Positions 17,966 through 26,651 of a DNA stretch of 38,495 nucleotides are shown here, one piece after another (within the stretch, counting starts at the first letter, position 1; every line of letters begins with the position of its first letter). The position numbers were made by a program, and so were the translations under genes. This stretch comes from a virus (lineage: Duplodnaviria; Caudoviricetes): IMG/VR virus record IMGVR_UViG_3300016649_000189, positions 1 to 38,495 of that record, one strand, 5' to 3'. Under the pieces are notes generated by a model. That model was given only the letters and a program-made list of their open reading frames with translations. It was not told the origin of the DNA and searched no databases.

Positions 17966-18171
17966 GGTATATCACGAAGAGGTTGGATTGGATGGACGAT
18001 ATTTTGAGGGATGCGTCCAAGAGGCTGAAGGAACTCTGCCGTACATTGAATCACGCAGAGAACCACGGATGCAAGGATGTCCGGCAACAGATCGAATCAG
18101 CCCACGCCATTCTGAAAGAGATCACGGTTTGGCACAAAAAGCATCAGGAGGAAAAGAAGAATGAGAAGTGA
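17962..18171 (+). CDS. Hypothetical helical protein
   Basis: Coupled in the operon; amphipathic helices. Confidence 0.6.
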   Translation: MRYITKRLDWMDDILRDASKRLKELCRTLNHAENHGCKDVRQQIESAHAILKEITVWHKKHQEEKKNEK

Positions 18172-18340
18172 AGATTCGATTCGTGAGAAATATTGGCAAG
18201 TCCGATGGGAGAAGGCCGACAACCAATCGGCCATGACGGAGGAGTTCGACCTCGGCTACATGGATGCCTTGGAGTGGGTACTGAACATGAAGATCGAGCC
18301 TCGGCCCGAATGGGCAAGGAAGGCCAACAGGGAGTTTTAA
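18161..18340 (+). CDS. Hypothetical protein (59 aa, ...GYMDALEWVL...)
   Basis: Not in the ORF track; GGAGG RBS and fills the gap exactly. Confidence 0.6.
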   Translation: MRSEDSIREKYWQVRWEKADNQSAMTEEFDLGYMDALEWVLNMKIEPRPEWARKANREF

Positions 18341-18341
18341 G

Positions 18342-18665
18342 ATGGACAAGTTCTCCACCGGATCAGTCAGGGACAAGAGGGAGGGCAAGGGTAGGTACGA
18401 CCTGCTTCCTCCTGAAGCCATCCACGAGCTAGCCCTGCATTTTGAAAGCGGGGCAAAGCTCTACGGGGATAGGAACTGGGAGCTAGGCCAGCCGATCTCC
18501 CGAATCATGGACTCAGCCCTTCGTCATGCGTTTTCCTATATGCAGGGCAAGAAGGACGAGAACCATCTGGGTGCGGCCTGCTGGAACCTGATGGCCGCTA
18601 TGACAATTCGGGCAAGGGTGAAGGCCGGACAACTGCCCAAGGAGTTGAACGATGTGGGGGCTTGA
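18342..18665 (+). CDS. dATP/dGTP diphosphohydrolase-like protein (DUF5664)
   Basis: FSTGSVRD...GKGRYDLLP...GAKLYGDRNWE...SALRH...HLGAACWN. Confidence 0.85.
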   Translation: MDKFSTGSVRDKREGKGRYDLLPPEAIHELALHFESGAKLYGDRNWELGQPISRIMDSALRHAFSYMQGKKDENHLGAACWNLMAAMTIRARVKAGQLPKELNDVGA

Positions 18666-18765
18666 GGTCATCGCCAGTCTTTGCATCGTCTATATTCTCC
18701 TGCCTGCCCTAAGCGTGGCTTTGGTATTTGGAGCCATCTGGATTTTGAACTGGTTAATCCGATGA
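18652..18765 (+). CDS. Membrane micropeptide (37 aa, MWGLEVIASLCIVYILLPALSVALVFGAIWILNWLIR)
   Basis: AAGGAG RBS; stop overlaps the GT9 ATG (ATGA); almost entirely hydrophobic. Confidence 0.65.
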   Translation: MWGLEVIASLCIVYILLPALSVALVFGAIWILNWLIR

Positions 18766-19802
18766 GAGCCGTCCTACCGGAAAAGCAGACTAAGTGGGGC
18801 GAGATCACGCTAGAGGCTGGCAACAGATACATTCTGGAACCAAGGGGGGTTGCCGGACTTTTATATAGGATTGATGGGCAGGCCTCAGTCGAACCCATTC
18901 AGCTTCCTCCTTACTATCCTAACGAAGACTACAACCTAAAGACCCTCACCATCCTGAGAGCCGGAGGGATCGGGGACATCCTCATGCTCACCCCGCTTCT
19001 GAAGGCAATGAACGAGCGGTGGCCGGAGGCTCATCTTGAGGTGTGTTGCGGGAGCCGGAGCAAGTTTGCCCTCCCCTCCTATGTGGACTGGCTTCCTTAT
19101 CCAGCCGACATGAAGACGATCATGGAGCGGGATTCCGTCCTGAATCTAACCGATGTGATTGAGAACGAGTTCGAGGCCCACGGAGTCCATGCCTTCGGGA
19201 ATGCCGCCGGATTCAGGGATCTTCCCTTAAAGCTCCATTACGAGAACAACCCGAACTTGGTTGGGGACATGAAGATCAGATATCCAAGGAAGGCGAAGCA
19301 CAGGGTTGGGATTCAGGTAAAGGCCTCTTCTCCGATTCGTTCCTATCCGCAGATCAGTTCCGTGGTGGATCAGTTGGTGATGAAGGGTATCGAGGTTGTT
19401 CTGTTTGGGGAGCCCAAGAGCATCATCGTGGAAAGGCCCAATGAATTGATCCTGAATGGGTCTTCGGAGGATTGGGATATGGAGGACAGCATTGCCATGT
19501 TATCCCTCTGCGATTGCCTGATCGCACCAGACTCATCCTTCATCCACTTCGGATGTGCGCTGAATGTCCCGACCATCGGCCTCTACGGATCGTTTGACTA
19601 CGGGATCAGGAAGACGGAAGGAAGCCCGAAGAACTACTGGATTCAGGCAAGAGGCGACTGCTCTCCCTGCAATCATCACGGCCACGGGGGAGAAGCTTGG
19701 CCTGCCGGAGGCCCATGCCGGAGGAGCGGATATTGCAATGTCTTGGCGGGAATCCCCGTGGATCGAATCACCAGAAAGGCAATCCAGATATGCACCCAAT
19801 AA
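18762..19802 (+). CDS. Glycosyltransferase family 9 (heptosyltransferase-like)
   Basis: RAGGIGDILMLTPLLKA, IAPDSSFIH, PTIGLYGS, CSPC...C...C. Confidence 0.88.
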   Translation: MRAVLPEKQTKWGEITLEAGNRYILEPRGVAGLLYRIDGQASVEPIQLPPYYPNEDYNLKTLTILRAGGIGDILMLTPLLKAMNERWPEAHLEVCCGSRSKFALPSYVDWLPYPADMKTIMERDSVLNLTDVIENEFEAHGVHAFGNAAGFRDLPLKLHYENNPNLVGDMKIRYPRKAKHRVGIQVKASSPIRSYPQISSVVDQLVMKGIEVVLFGEPKSIIVERPNELILNGSSEDWDMEDSIAMLSLCDCLIAPDSSFIHFGCALNVPTIGLYGSFDYGIRKTEGSPKNYWIQARGDCSPCNHHGHGGEAWPAGGPCRRSGYCNVLAGIPVDRITRKAIQICTQ

Positions 19803-19882
19803 ACCCTGACGAACTTATCTATCTCATCCTGATCGTGACCATCGGATTCATCATTCTGGATCTGATCTGGGGGAAGGACTGA
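19790..19882 (+). CDS. Membrane micropeptide (30 aa, MHPINPDELIYLILIVTIGFIILDLIWGKD)
   Basis: Single hydrophobic helix; overlaps the GT9 end and abuts the next ATG. Confidence 0.6.
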   Translation: MHPINPDELIYLILIVTIGFIILDLIWGKD

Positions 19883-20464
19883 ATGACCCACACCCGCTTC
19901 GCCCCCATTCCCCACCACATCTACGGATTCGTGGATGAGTCCTTCATCTCGGATCGGACGGGCTGGGAACCTTGTGCTTGGTTCGGCCTCCATGCCCATG
20001 CGGGACGGGCCTTCACGATCAGCGTCCACCTCAAGAGCGGGGCGGTCTATCGCCATCTTCCGCTTCATGCCTTTGCGTTTGAGCCAACGCCGGAACCTTG
20101 GAAGCTCGAACAGGCCCAGCTTTGGGACTGCTTTGGGGATGAGTTCTCGGTTGGGGAGTTTGAATACCTGCAAGCCCTCTTGGCCAAGGCCTACATCGGG
20201 GGCAAGTGGATCGAGGCTGAATACCTCTTCACGATTGAGTTCATCGGGGATGGCTGGAGCGAAGCCCCCGACCAGACCAAGGCCTCCCACTTCCTGAGAG
20301 CGGGCAACAGGCTTTCGGTGCAGGCCGGAAACCGAATCCTCTTCAAAGACCCGTCCTTCAACGGGCCGGACTGGAACAAGCCAAGCCTCAAGCTGGCCTC
20401 CCGCTGGTGGGAAGCCGAGAGGGAGCGGGTGTTTGATTCCGTGATTACGGAGGAGACGGCATGA
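19883..20464 (+). CDS. Conserved hypothetical phage protein
   Basis: GAVYRHLPLHA, QLWDCF and YLFTIE motifs; coupled in the operon. Confidence 0.7.
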   Translation: MTHTRFAPIPHHIYGFVDESFISDRTGWEPCAWFGLHAHAGRAFTISVHLKSGAVYRHLPLHAFAFEPTPEPWKLEQAQLWDCFGDEFSVGEFEYLQALLAKAYIGGKWIEAEYLFTIEFIGDGWSEAPDQTKASHFLRAGNRLSVQAGNRILFKDPSFNGPDWNKPSLKLASRWWEAERERVFDSVITEETA

Positions 20465-20628
20465 AGAAAGATTTCTCAGACACGGAGCTTTGGATTCTTT
20501 GCAAGTTCTGGAATGAGGCCTGCGGAGAGGCTGTCAGGGATTGGTGTGTTGAGTATCAGGTCAATGGAATGATCGCCTCGGATTTAAGTGAAAAAGCCGA
20601 AAGGTTTTGCAGGGAGTTTGAAAATTGA
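20461..20628 (+). CDS. Hypothetical protein (55 aa)
   Basis: GGAGGAG RBS; overlaps both neighbours by 4 nt. Confidence 0.6.
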   Translation: MKKDFSDTELWILCKFWNEACGEAVRDWCVEYQVNGMIASDLSEKAERFCREFEN

Positions 20629-21941
20629 GCCTCGCCTCCTTCTCCTCCTCCACTTGGGGGCCGATTGAAAAGGCCATCCTCTCTGCCCTCGTCCACGACT
20701 GGGCCGACAAGGGCCGGATCTTGGATGAGTTAAAGGCTTCCGATTTCTTTCTTCCTGAAACCCAGAAGCTCTATACCCACCTAGCCTCGGAGATTGAATC
20801 AGGTCGCCCCATCGACACGGCCTCCCTTCTTGCCACCTGCGCTGATTCCGTGACGAGGAACATCATCATAGATGTCACCGGAACCACCCCATCCACGGCC
20901 TCCCAGATAGATCGGCACATAGAGAAGCTGAAGGAACTATCCAGAATCCGCTCCATCACAAGGGCGATCGAGGAAGCCAAACACAAGCTCGAACACGGGG
21001 AACCCTCCATAGAGATTGCCACCGGACTAGAAACGGCCATGCGGGAGGTTGAGACTGATTCACCATCTCAGGCTTTGACCATAGCGGAGTGTGCGGACAA
21101 GGCCTTGGAGGGGGTGAAGGCGGCGATAGATCGGGGATGCGTGTATGCAGGCATACCAAGCGGCTTGGATAAGTTGGACAAGACCTGTGGGGGCTGGCAG
21201 GCGGGGCAACTGATTGGCCTTGCGGCCAGAACCGGAGAAGGAAAGACGGCCTTGGCTTTGCAGTTCGCCCTCCATGCCGTCAGGAATAGGTGGGACAAGG
21301 AGACGAAGCAATGGGATGAGAAGGGGCATTGCGTGGTGATGGTGGAGTTGGAGATGAGTGCAAGGGAACTGGGACATCGGGCGATGTCTCATCTGGGTGG
21401 GCCTCCGATGTGGAAGATGCGGGATGGCTCGGCCATGAATGACTTTGACAAGGCCAACCTTGCCGAGGCCAGAGGCAAGCTCGAAGGCCTGCCGTTCTTC
21501 GTGGATGATCCGCCTCGGATCAGGCTTTCCGAACTCAGGGCTAGGGCAAGAAGGTGGAAGAAGCGGATCGGGATGGAACTTCTGATCGTGGATCTGCTTG
21601 GCAAGGTCAGTCCAGACACAAGGGAGAAGGACAGGTATCGGGAGGTGGCCATTGTATCCCACGGACTAAAGGCCTTGGCCAAAGAACTAAGCATTCCGGT
21701 GATAGCGGTCTGTCAGTTGAATCGGGATTCAGTCGGGGATGGGGAGGCTGGCCTGCATCACCTTCGGGAATCCGGCGACATCGAACAGGACGTGGACGTA
21801 GCGATCCTGCTCACAAAAAAGGAAGATGATACTCGTAAGTTGAGGATCGCAAAGAACCGCAACGGATTCCTTGGCTCAGTCGATCTTCAGTTCGATGGCG
21901 ACCATCAGAAGTTCAAAGAGTTTATCAGGGAGGCTAAATGA
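20625..21941 (+). CDS. dnaB: DnaB-like replicative helicase
   Basis: AARTGEGKT, ELEMS, LKALAKELSIPVIAVCQLNR, LRESGDIEQD, AKNRNG. Confidence 0.95.
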   Translation: MSLASFSSSTWGPIEKAILSALVHDWADKGRILDELKASDFFLPETQKLYTHLASEIESGRPIDTASLLATCADSVTRNIIIDVTGTTPSTASQIDRHIEKLKELSRIRSITRAIEEAKHKLEHGEPSIEIATGLETAMREVETDSPSQALTIAECADKALEGVKAAIDRGCVYAGIPSGLDKLDKTCGGWQAGQLIGLAARTGEGKTALALQFALHAVRNRWDKETKQWDEKGHCVVMVELEMSARELGHRAMSHLGGPPMWKMRDGSAMNDFDKANLAEARGKLEGLPFFVDDPPRIRLSELRARARRWKKRIGMELLIVDLLGKVSPDTREKDRYREVAIVSHGLKALAKELSIPVIAVCQLNRDSVGDGEAGLHHLRESGDIEQDVDVAILLTKKEDDTRKLRIAKNRNGFLGSVDLQFDGDHQKFKEFIREAK

Positions 21942-22234
21942 GCATAGACTTGGGCTGGCTCGGTTCTACGGAGTTCGGAATGGATGAGATCGTGATGACG
22001 GAGTATGGGCCGATGAATCTAAGCAAGGCCAGAACGCTTTCAGAGATCGGGGAACTAAGCCTTGTCCCTCTCAAGACTGGTCTTACAGGAATGCGTGAGA
22101 TCAGGTTCAACACTTTGCTTTATGACATCCTTACGGCTCACGGATTCAACCTGAATCTTTTGACAGGGGAATATGAATATGCGTCAGATGTACGAGACAC
22201 AGGCGGACAGGGAAAAGAACGCTCAGTTGGCTGA
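21938..22234 (+). CDS. Hypothetical protein
   Basis: GGAGG RBS; coupled to dnaB. Confidence 0.55.
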   Translation: MSIDLGWLGSTEFGMDEIVMTEYGPMNLSKARTLSEIGELSLVPLKTGLTGMREIRFNTLLYDILTAHGFNLNLLTGEYEYASDVRDTGGQGKERSVG

Positions 22235-22610
22235 TGACTTCGGGCGAGCGTTGGGCTTTGCGTTGGACATTGCTCCCAAGGCCTGCCTGTTTGACTACTG
22301 GGTGCTGACTCCGATTGGGCAGTATGGGATTGCGGAGATGCGGATTCGCTCCTGCGAGAAGGAGAAGCACGACACTCTCTTCTTCTCGGCAACCAAGTGG
22401 AAATACCTAACGCAAACTGCTGATAGGTTCAAAGCCCCCTTCTTCCTTGTGGTGCGTTGGACTAACGGACAGGGCTACTTGCTTTGGCGTGGACAGAAGT
22501 TCGGTAAAACCTTCGGGGGCCGGAGCCAGATGAACATGAGGGACAGCTACGATCAGGAAGCCCTCATCCAGATTCCCATAGGCGAGTTCCAGCCTTTCCA
22601 TAATAAATGA
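22173..22610 (+). CDS. Putative PD-(D/E)XK-fold nuclease-like protein
   Basis: FDYW...IAEMRIR...TLFFSATKW...FLVVRWTNG; E-x-R replaces E-x-K. Confidence 0.55.
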   Translation: MNMRQMYETQADREKNAQLADDFGRALGFALDIAPKACLFDYWVLTPIGQYGIAEMRIRSCEKEKHDTLFFSATKWKYLTQTADRFKAPFFLVVRWTNGQGYLLWRGQKFGKTFGGRSQMNMRDSYDQEALIQIPIGEFQPFHNK

Positions 22611-22831
22611 GGCTTGTCCTAAAAGGGCTAGAGATCAGGACTGAGTGGGATAATCCCATCGGCCCTCGCTTCATCATGGGGGGCGAGCCTCCGAGGATTG
22701 GCTTTGGCCCATACAAGGATGTCGATGAGGCCGAGGATGCGAGGGAGCAATGGGAGGCCTACATCAACAAGCGCAAGGGATCGAAGGACATGAAGAAGAT
22801 CAAGGCCAACAAGAAGAACAGGCTGGCATGA
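22607..22831 (+). CDS. Hypothetical protein
   Basis: Coupled on both sides. Confidence 0.6.
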   Translation: MRLVLKGLEIRTEWDNPIGPRFIMGGEPPRIGFGPYKDVDEAEDAREQWEAYINKRKGSKDMKKIKANKKNRLA

Positions 22832-23409
22832 GGCTGGAAGATTTAAGGCAGATCCGGTGGCACTTCGACATTGGCTGGCTCCTCAAGGAAACGGGACTGC
22901 GATGCCGGACATTCTGCGAATGTGGAGTCGGGCCTCTCTCCATTTCGGCGGCTCCATCCGTGTATGAGAACGGACTGGCGGAACGCCTTCTCTTGGTTGA
23001 GCCAAACCCAGAGCTATACCTACGGGCCAAGGAGCGAATGCCCAAGGCCGACATCAAGCAGGTGGCCATTGGGAACGAGGTGGGTAAGTTGCCTCTCCGC
23101 CTCAATGGAGGATCTTCCCACCTTAAGGGAACTTGGGCTCCCACTCCGAGTCCTGAGAACGAGGTGCTGGTGGATGTTGTTACGTTTGACCTGCTCGATG
23201 ACGGGAAGATTGATTGCATGGTGCTGGATAATGAGGGACAGGAATGGGCCGTCCTTTCCAAGATGAAGAGCAGGCCTCTCATCCTCTCCGTTGAGCTATG
23301 GCGGGGGCATCCCAATATGGTCGAGATCGAGGGCTGGCTCTCCGCTTCAGGCTATATCCCCCGCCTATCGACTGGGCCGGAAGGAGAGACGATCCTCTTT
23401 ACCAGATAA
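22828..23409 (+). CDS. FkbM-like SAM-dependent methyltransferase
   Basis: ECGVG, LLVEPNP, VAIG, VDVVTFD, MVLDNEGQE. Confidence 0.8.
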   Translation: MRLEDLRQIRWHFDIGWLLKETGLRCRTFCECGVGPLSISAAPSVYENGLAERLLLVEPNPELYLRAKERMPKADIKQVAIGNEVGKLPLRLNGGSSHLKGTWAPTPSPENEVLVDVVTFDLLDDGKIDCMVLDNEGQEWAVLSKMKSRPLILSVELWRGHPNMVEIEGWLSASGYIPRLSTGPEGETILFTR

Positions 23410-23433
23410 GGCTCCGGCATTACAGGACTTGGA

Positions 23434-23598
23434 ATGGAAAAAGCATTCTGGGACAAGCCCAACCCTAAGAAGAAATCCTCTCCGCTATCCCCCAAGGCCA
23501 AGGCCTTCGCCAAGGCTAGGGCCAAGGATGCCGGACGGCCTTACCCGAATCTGGTGGACAACTCGGCGGCGAAGAAGAAGTTCTCGATTGGGGTTTAG
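23434..23598 (+). CDS. Small basic phage protein (54 aa, ...AKARAKDAGRPYPNLVDN...)
   Basis: Not in the ORF track; AGGA RBS; Lys/Ala-rich; its stop abuts the convergent gene. Confidence 0.65.
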   Translation: MEKAFWDKPNPKKKSSPLSPKAKAFAKARAKDAGRPYPNLVDNSAAKKKFSIGV

Positions 23599-24084
23599 TC
23601 AGTAAGGCCCACTGACATAGTTGATCTGGACATTCTGCCAAGCTCCTTGCCCAGCCTTGAGCGGCTGAGTCCAATAAACGCCCGTTAGGTCGGGTTGTTG
23701 TTGCATCGGCTCATAATAAGGATCAGGGCGGGTATAGACATAGACGGTCTTGGTCTTTGGCTTGTCCTCCTCATCCTCAAGGAGAAAATTACTTGGCCTC
23801 ATGGGAGGCTGGACTGGGCTGGCCAGATATTCATTCCGCTTCCTGTCCCTCTCCGCCTCCTCCGCAATCTTCTCAAGCCTCTCCCGCTCCTTCCACCTAG
23901 CCCTGTCCTCGTCCGTGATAGTTACCCTTAGTCTTTCCGCTACCTTCACCCTGAAGGCCTCGGCTCTCCTGTCATAGTCGGCTTTCTGATGCTTCTTATA
24001 TAAGAAGGAACCAACTCCCCAGAAGACAGGGGAGAGCCAAAGGAGAACAATCCCGCCAGCAATCCACCAGCCTTTCCCCTTCAT
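23599..24084 (-). CDS. Membrane-anchored hypothetical protein
   Basis: N-terminal TM helix followed by a charged coiled coil. Confidence 0.65.
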   Translation of the reverse strand: MKGKGWWIAGGIVLLWLSPVFWGVGSFLYKKHQKADYDRRAEAFRVKVAERLRVTITDEDRARWKERERLEKIAEEAERDRKRNEYLASPVQPPMRPSNFLLEDEEDKPKTKTVYVYTRPDPYYEPMQQQPDLTGVYWTQPLKAGQGAWQNVQINYVSGPY

Positions 24085-24479
24085 GCCACCATCCTACGGC
24101 TCTCCGCCCTCGCAATCCAGCCGGACTTAAAGCCCTTTTTCATGGCATGATGAACCGAGCCATCATCGCAGTTGAAGGCCTCGGCAATCTCCTTTGTGGA
24201 ATAGCCAGCCAAGGACAAGCCCCGCCAGATTCCCCACCTCTCCGCCACATTGTTCTTCTTCCGGCTCCGGCTGATTAGGTCGGGGGCTATCTCAATCTTC
24301 GGCCTCTCCGCCTTAAGATTGACTGGCTCCTGTTTCACCAGCCTGTCCGCTATCTTGTCCATGCTTGTTACCCTTTGTCCCAAAAGAGATATACTCGCCT
24401 CCAAGGAGGCCAGCCTCTTTTCAAGTTGTTCTATCCTATATGCGGTTGTGATTTGGAAGGCGTTGTTCATAGATAGCAT
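24081..24479 (-). CDS. Coiled-coil + HTH DNA-binding protein
   Basis: GYSTKEIAEAFNCDDGSVHHAMKK helix-turn-helix. Confidence 0.6.
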   Translation of the reverse strand: MLSMNNAFQITTAYRIEQLEKRLASLEASISLLGQRVTSMDKIADRLVKQEPVNLKAERPKIEIAPDLISRSRKKNNVAERWGIWRGLSLAGYSTKEIAEAFNCDDGSVHHAMKKGFKSGWIARAESRRMVA

Positions 24480-24739
24480 CCGTCCTTGTCTTTGTTCGCA
24501 TTGACCAAGGCATAGGCCTTGTTCAGTTGTGCTACGGCTGATCTTATTCTCTCTCTTATCTGTTTGAGTTTCTTTCTTACGGCTGGGGCGTGGAAGCAGT
24601 CATAAGATGATCCATCCACGCTAACCCTTATATGTCTAAAGTCATCCGTGGATGCCTCATGGAAGAGGAAGTCCAGCGGATCAAATGATTTTTCGAGAAT
24701 CGCCGCAAACTTCTTTAGTTTGGCCTGTTCTTTATTCAT
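24467..24739 (-). CDS. Hypothetical early protein
   Basis: GGAGG RBS; ATGA coupling. Confidence 0.6.
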   Translation of the reverse strand: MNKEQAKLKKFAAILEKSFDPLDFLFHEASTDDFRHIRVSVDGSSYDCFHAPAVRKKLKQIRERIRSAVAQLNKAYALVNANKDKDGCYL

Positions 24740-24969
24740 AACACCCTCCAAAGGCAGTTGCCATCTTCAAATACTTCCAGCATTCGGGGAGACATTCCAT
24801 AGGGGCCGTTCTTCTCAGCCCTCTTGGATGGCTTCCGCTTTCCTACCCAGTATTCCTTGCCGTCATAGATGGCCAGCCTTGGGTTTCTGGTGGTTCGGAT
24901 GTCTCTCCGGCTGATGTCATGGCCTTTGTTTTCGTAGTAGTTAAGGACACGAGTGGATGCTGATTTCAT
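24736..24969 (-). CDS. Hypothetical early protein
   Basis: AAAGGAG RBS. Confidence 0.65.
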   Translation of the reverse strand: MKSASTRVLNYYENKGHDISRRDIRTTRNPRLAIYDGKEYWVGKRKPSKRAEKNGPYGMSPRMLEVFEDGNCLWRVL

Positions 24970-24989
24970 ATTGGGTTCTCCTTTATTAG

Positions 24990-25094
24990 CTAGTTTCTAA
25001 AGCTCATCCAAGCCCCGATGAAGAGGCCGAGGATGAAGATTGGGTTGATGATTCTTAGGGCTGAGTCCAAGAGGGAGAGGGATTCGGGGGACAT
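24990..25094 (-). CDS. Membrane micropeptide (34 aa, MSPESLSLLDSALRIINPIFILGLFIGAWMSFRN)
   Basis: TAATG coupling to the upstream gene; hydrophobic. Confidence 0.55.
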   Translation of the reverse strand: MSPESLSLLDSALRIINPIFILGLFIGAWMSFRN

Positions 25095-25366
25095 TATTCA
25101 AGCTCCTCTATATCTACCCCCATCACATAAACGAATTGCCCTTTCTTTAATCTTATTAAAGTAAAGGCATGATCGTCTTCGTGCGGGTCGCCATAAACTG
25201 AATAAGCACCCATCAAATCTTCATCATAAAGATAAAGACCTTTTCCCTCTGGCTCTAGGGTGTCGTAACTAGAATACCACAGACCATACGGGATGCCCTC
25301 ATCTTTGTAGTCTTTGTCCCTCTTGCTTAGTTCGTGCCTCATTTTAATTCTTTTGCCTATTTTCAT
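25094..25366 (-). CDS. Hypothetical early protein
   Basis: GGAGG RBS; coupled. Confidence 0.65.
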   Translation of the reverse strand: MKIGKRIKMRHELSKRDKDYKDEGIPYGLWYSSYDTLEPEGKGLYLYDEDLMGAYSVYGDPHEDDHAFTLIRLKKGQFVYVMGVDIEELE

Positions 25367-25581
25367 TTGCTTTCCTCCTTGGTTTTACCGAGACGACTCC
25401 GCCTCAATAGCTCCCTCTCCGCATCCTCTGGGACTTGGGTTAGGTCATCAATTATCTTGCTGACGGCCTCCATAATCTCCGCTTTTGTCTCTCCGCTTTG
25501 TGCCGGATCGGATTCATCGTTCCCCTGTGCTATGCAGTAGAGGTCGAGGAATCGGTTATAGATGGTTTGGATTGAGTTCAT
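25363..25581 (-). CDS. Hypothetical early protein
   Basis: ATGA coupling on both sides. Confidence 0.6.
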   Translation of the reverse strand: MNSIQTIYNRFLDLYCIAQGNDESDPAQSGETKAEIMEAVSKIIDDLTQVPEDAERELLRRSRLGKTKEESK

Positions 25582-25781
25582 TTGCCTAATCCTTTCCTCC
25601 ACCCCAGAAGGAAGTGGTTTAAGGTGATGTAATCAAGGGTGGGGCTTATCGTTTCCATCCCCCTTTGGGCGAAGTATCTGCGTGTTTTTTTTCTCCTATC
25701 GCTTTCGTGATACTGATGGATGGTTAGGTTTAATCCCCTAGCCATGTTTGTTAATGCGTCATGTTCGATTGTGTTCTTCAT
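25578..25781 (-). CDS. Hypothetical early protein
   Basis: AAAGGAG RBS; coupled. Confidence 0.6.
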   Translation of the reverse strand: MKNTIEHDALTNMARGLNLTIHQYHESDRRKKTRRYFAQRGMETISPTLDYITLNHFLLGWRKGLGK

Positions 25782-26005
25782 TTCTTTTTCTCCTTTCTAT
25801 CCGCCTTGGGGAAGAGGAGATTTGCCGTGACGGCTATAACCTCCCAGCAAACCCCAATTTGGGCATCGTGGTTTTCCTTCACCTTGGCCAGCACCTCACG
25901 GGCTTGGCGTTTGTTCAAGTCTGGGCGGACTTGGAGGACATCCTCCGTAGTCCAGACTATCTGGATTTTATCTGGATTGATTTGCTCTCCGGCTTTGGGC
26001 TTCAT
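25778..26005 (-). CDS. Conserved hypothetical early protein (W..EDV...HDA.IG..W)
   Basis: GGAGG RBS; coupled. Confidence 0.65.
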   Translation of the reverse strand: MKPKAGEQINPDKIQIVWTTEDVLQVRPDLNKRQAREVLAKVKENHDAQIGVCWEVIAVTANLLFPKADRKEKKK

Positions 26006-26178
26006 AACTTCCTCCATTCCGCCTCGTCCATTCCCGCCCATTCCGCAAGGCGGGGATCATCCCGAAACAAGCGGGGATGGGATTGGGCTAGGGCTTGAAG
26101 CTGGGCAAGCTCGCCCCAACTAACACTCTCCTCTTCGATTGATTGCCGGATGGATTTTAGGAGGGATTGGGGACTCAT
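26002..26178 (-). CDS. Hypothetical early protein
   Basis: ATGA coupling; SWGELAQLQ...LAEWAG. Confidence 0.6.
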   Translation of the reverse strand: MSPQSLLKSIRQSIEEESVSWGELAQLQALAQSHPRLFRDDPRLAEWAGMDEAEWRKL

Positions 26179-26417
26179 ACAGAATACCACCCCTCATATC
26201 CAGACTTCGCATCGCATTCGGCAAGGGGAAGGCCTTTTTTGGCGAGGCCCATCCATTTCTCCGCCTTGTCCGCATATCTTCCGTCTGCGTTCTCCGGCTC
26301 TTCCCTATCCTTGGCGTTATCAAAATCCACAATGCAAACCTCAACGCCTTTGGTTGCATGGTAAGTTTCGGCAACGCCTCCGCTTACCACGATGATTACT
26401 CTCTGCTTTCTGTTCAT
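26175..26417 (-). CDS. Hypothetical early protein (IVVSGGVA...IVDFDN)
   Basis: AAAGGA RBS. Confidence 0.65.
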   Translation of the reverse strand: MNRKQRVIIVVSGGVAETYHATKGVEVCIVDFDNAKDREEPENADGRYADKAEKWMGLAKKGLPLAECDAKSGYEGWYSV

Positions 26418-26435
26418 TGGGTTCCTTTCTTTTTG

Positions 26436-26651
26436 TTAGTGGGAATAGGCAAGGCTTCGCCTCTCCAATTCCCGAAGGGGGTTAGGGCGGATCGTCCACC
26501 CTCCGCTACTAAGGCTTGTTAGACTTACGACCCGCAAAGGCTCAAACTCCAAGCCATTCCTAACGAGCCAGCGATGGGCGGATTGATAGGAAGGGAAGGA
26601 GCCAAAGGCCTCTCCGCTATCGGCTAGGAGGGTGAAGGAGGCGGGGGTCAT
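26436..26651 (-). CDS. Hypothetical early protein
   Basis: GAGGAGG RBS; coupled. Confidence 0.55.
   Translation of the reverse strand: MTPASFTLLADSGEAFGSFPSYQSAHRWLVRNGLEFEPLRVVSLTSLSSGGWTIRPNPLRELERRSLAYSH

Noticed and set aside
18342-18665. Z-genome (2-aminoadenine) system
   Set aside because: No PurZ, HD-family DatZ or phage DNA polymerase in the window; DUF5664 alone is insufficient.
18681-18761. Upstream TTG start for GT9
   Set aside because: The region is better explained by the 37-aa TM ORF coupled to the ATG at 18762.
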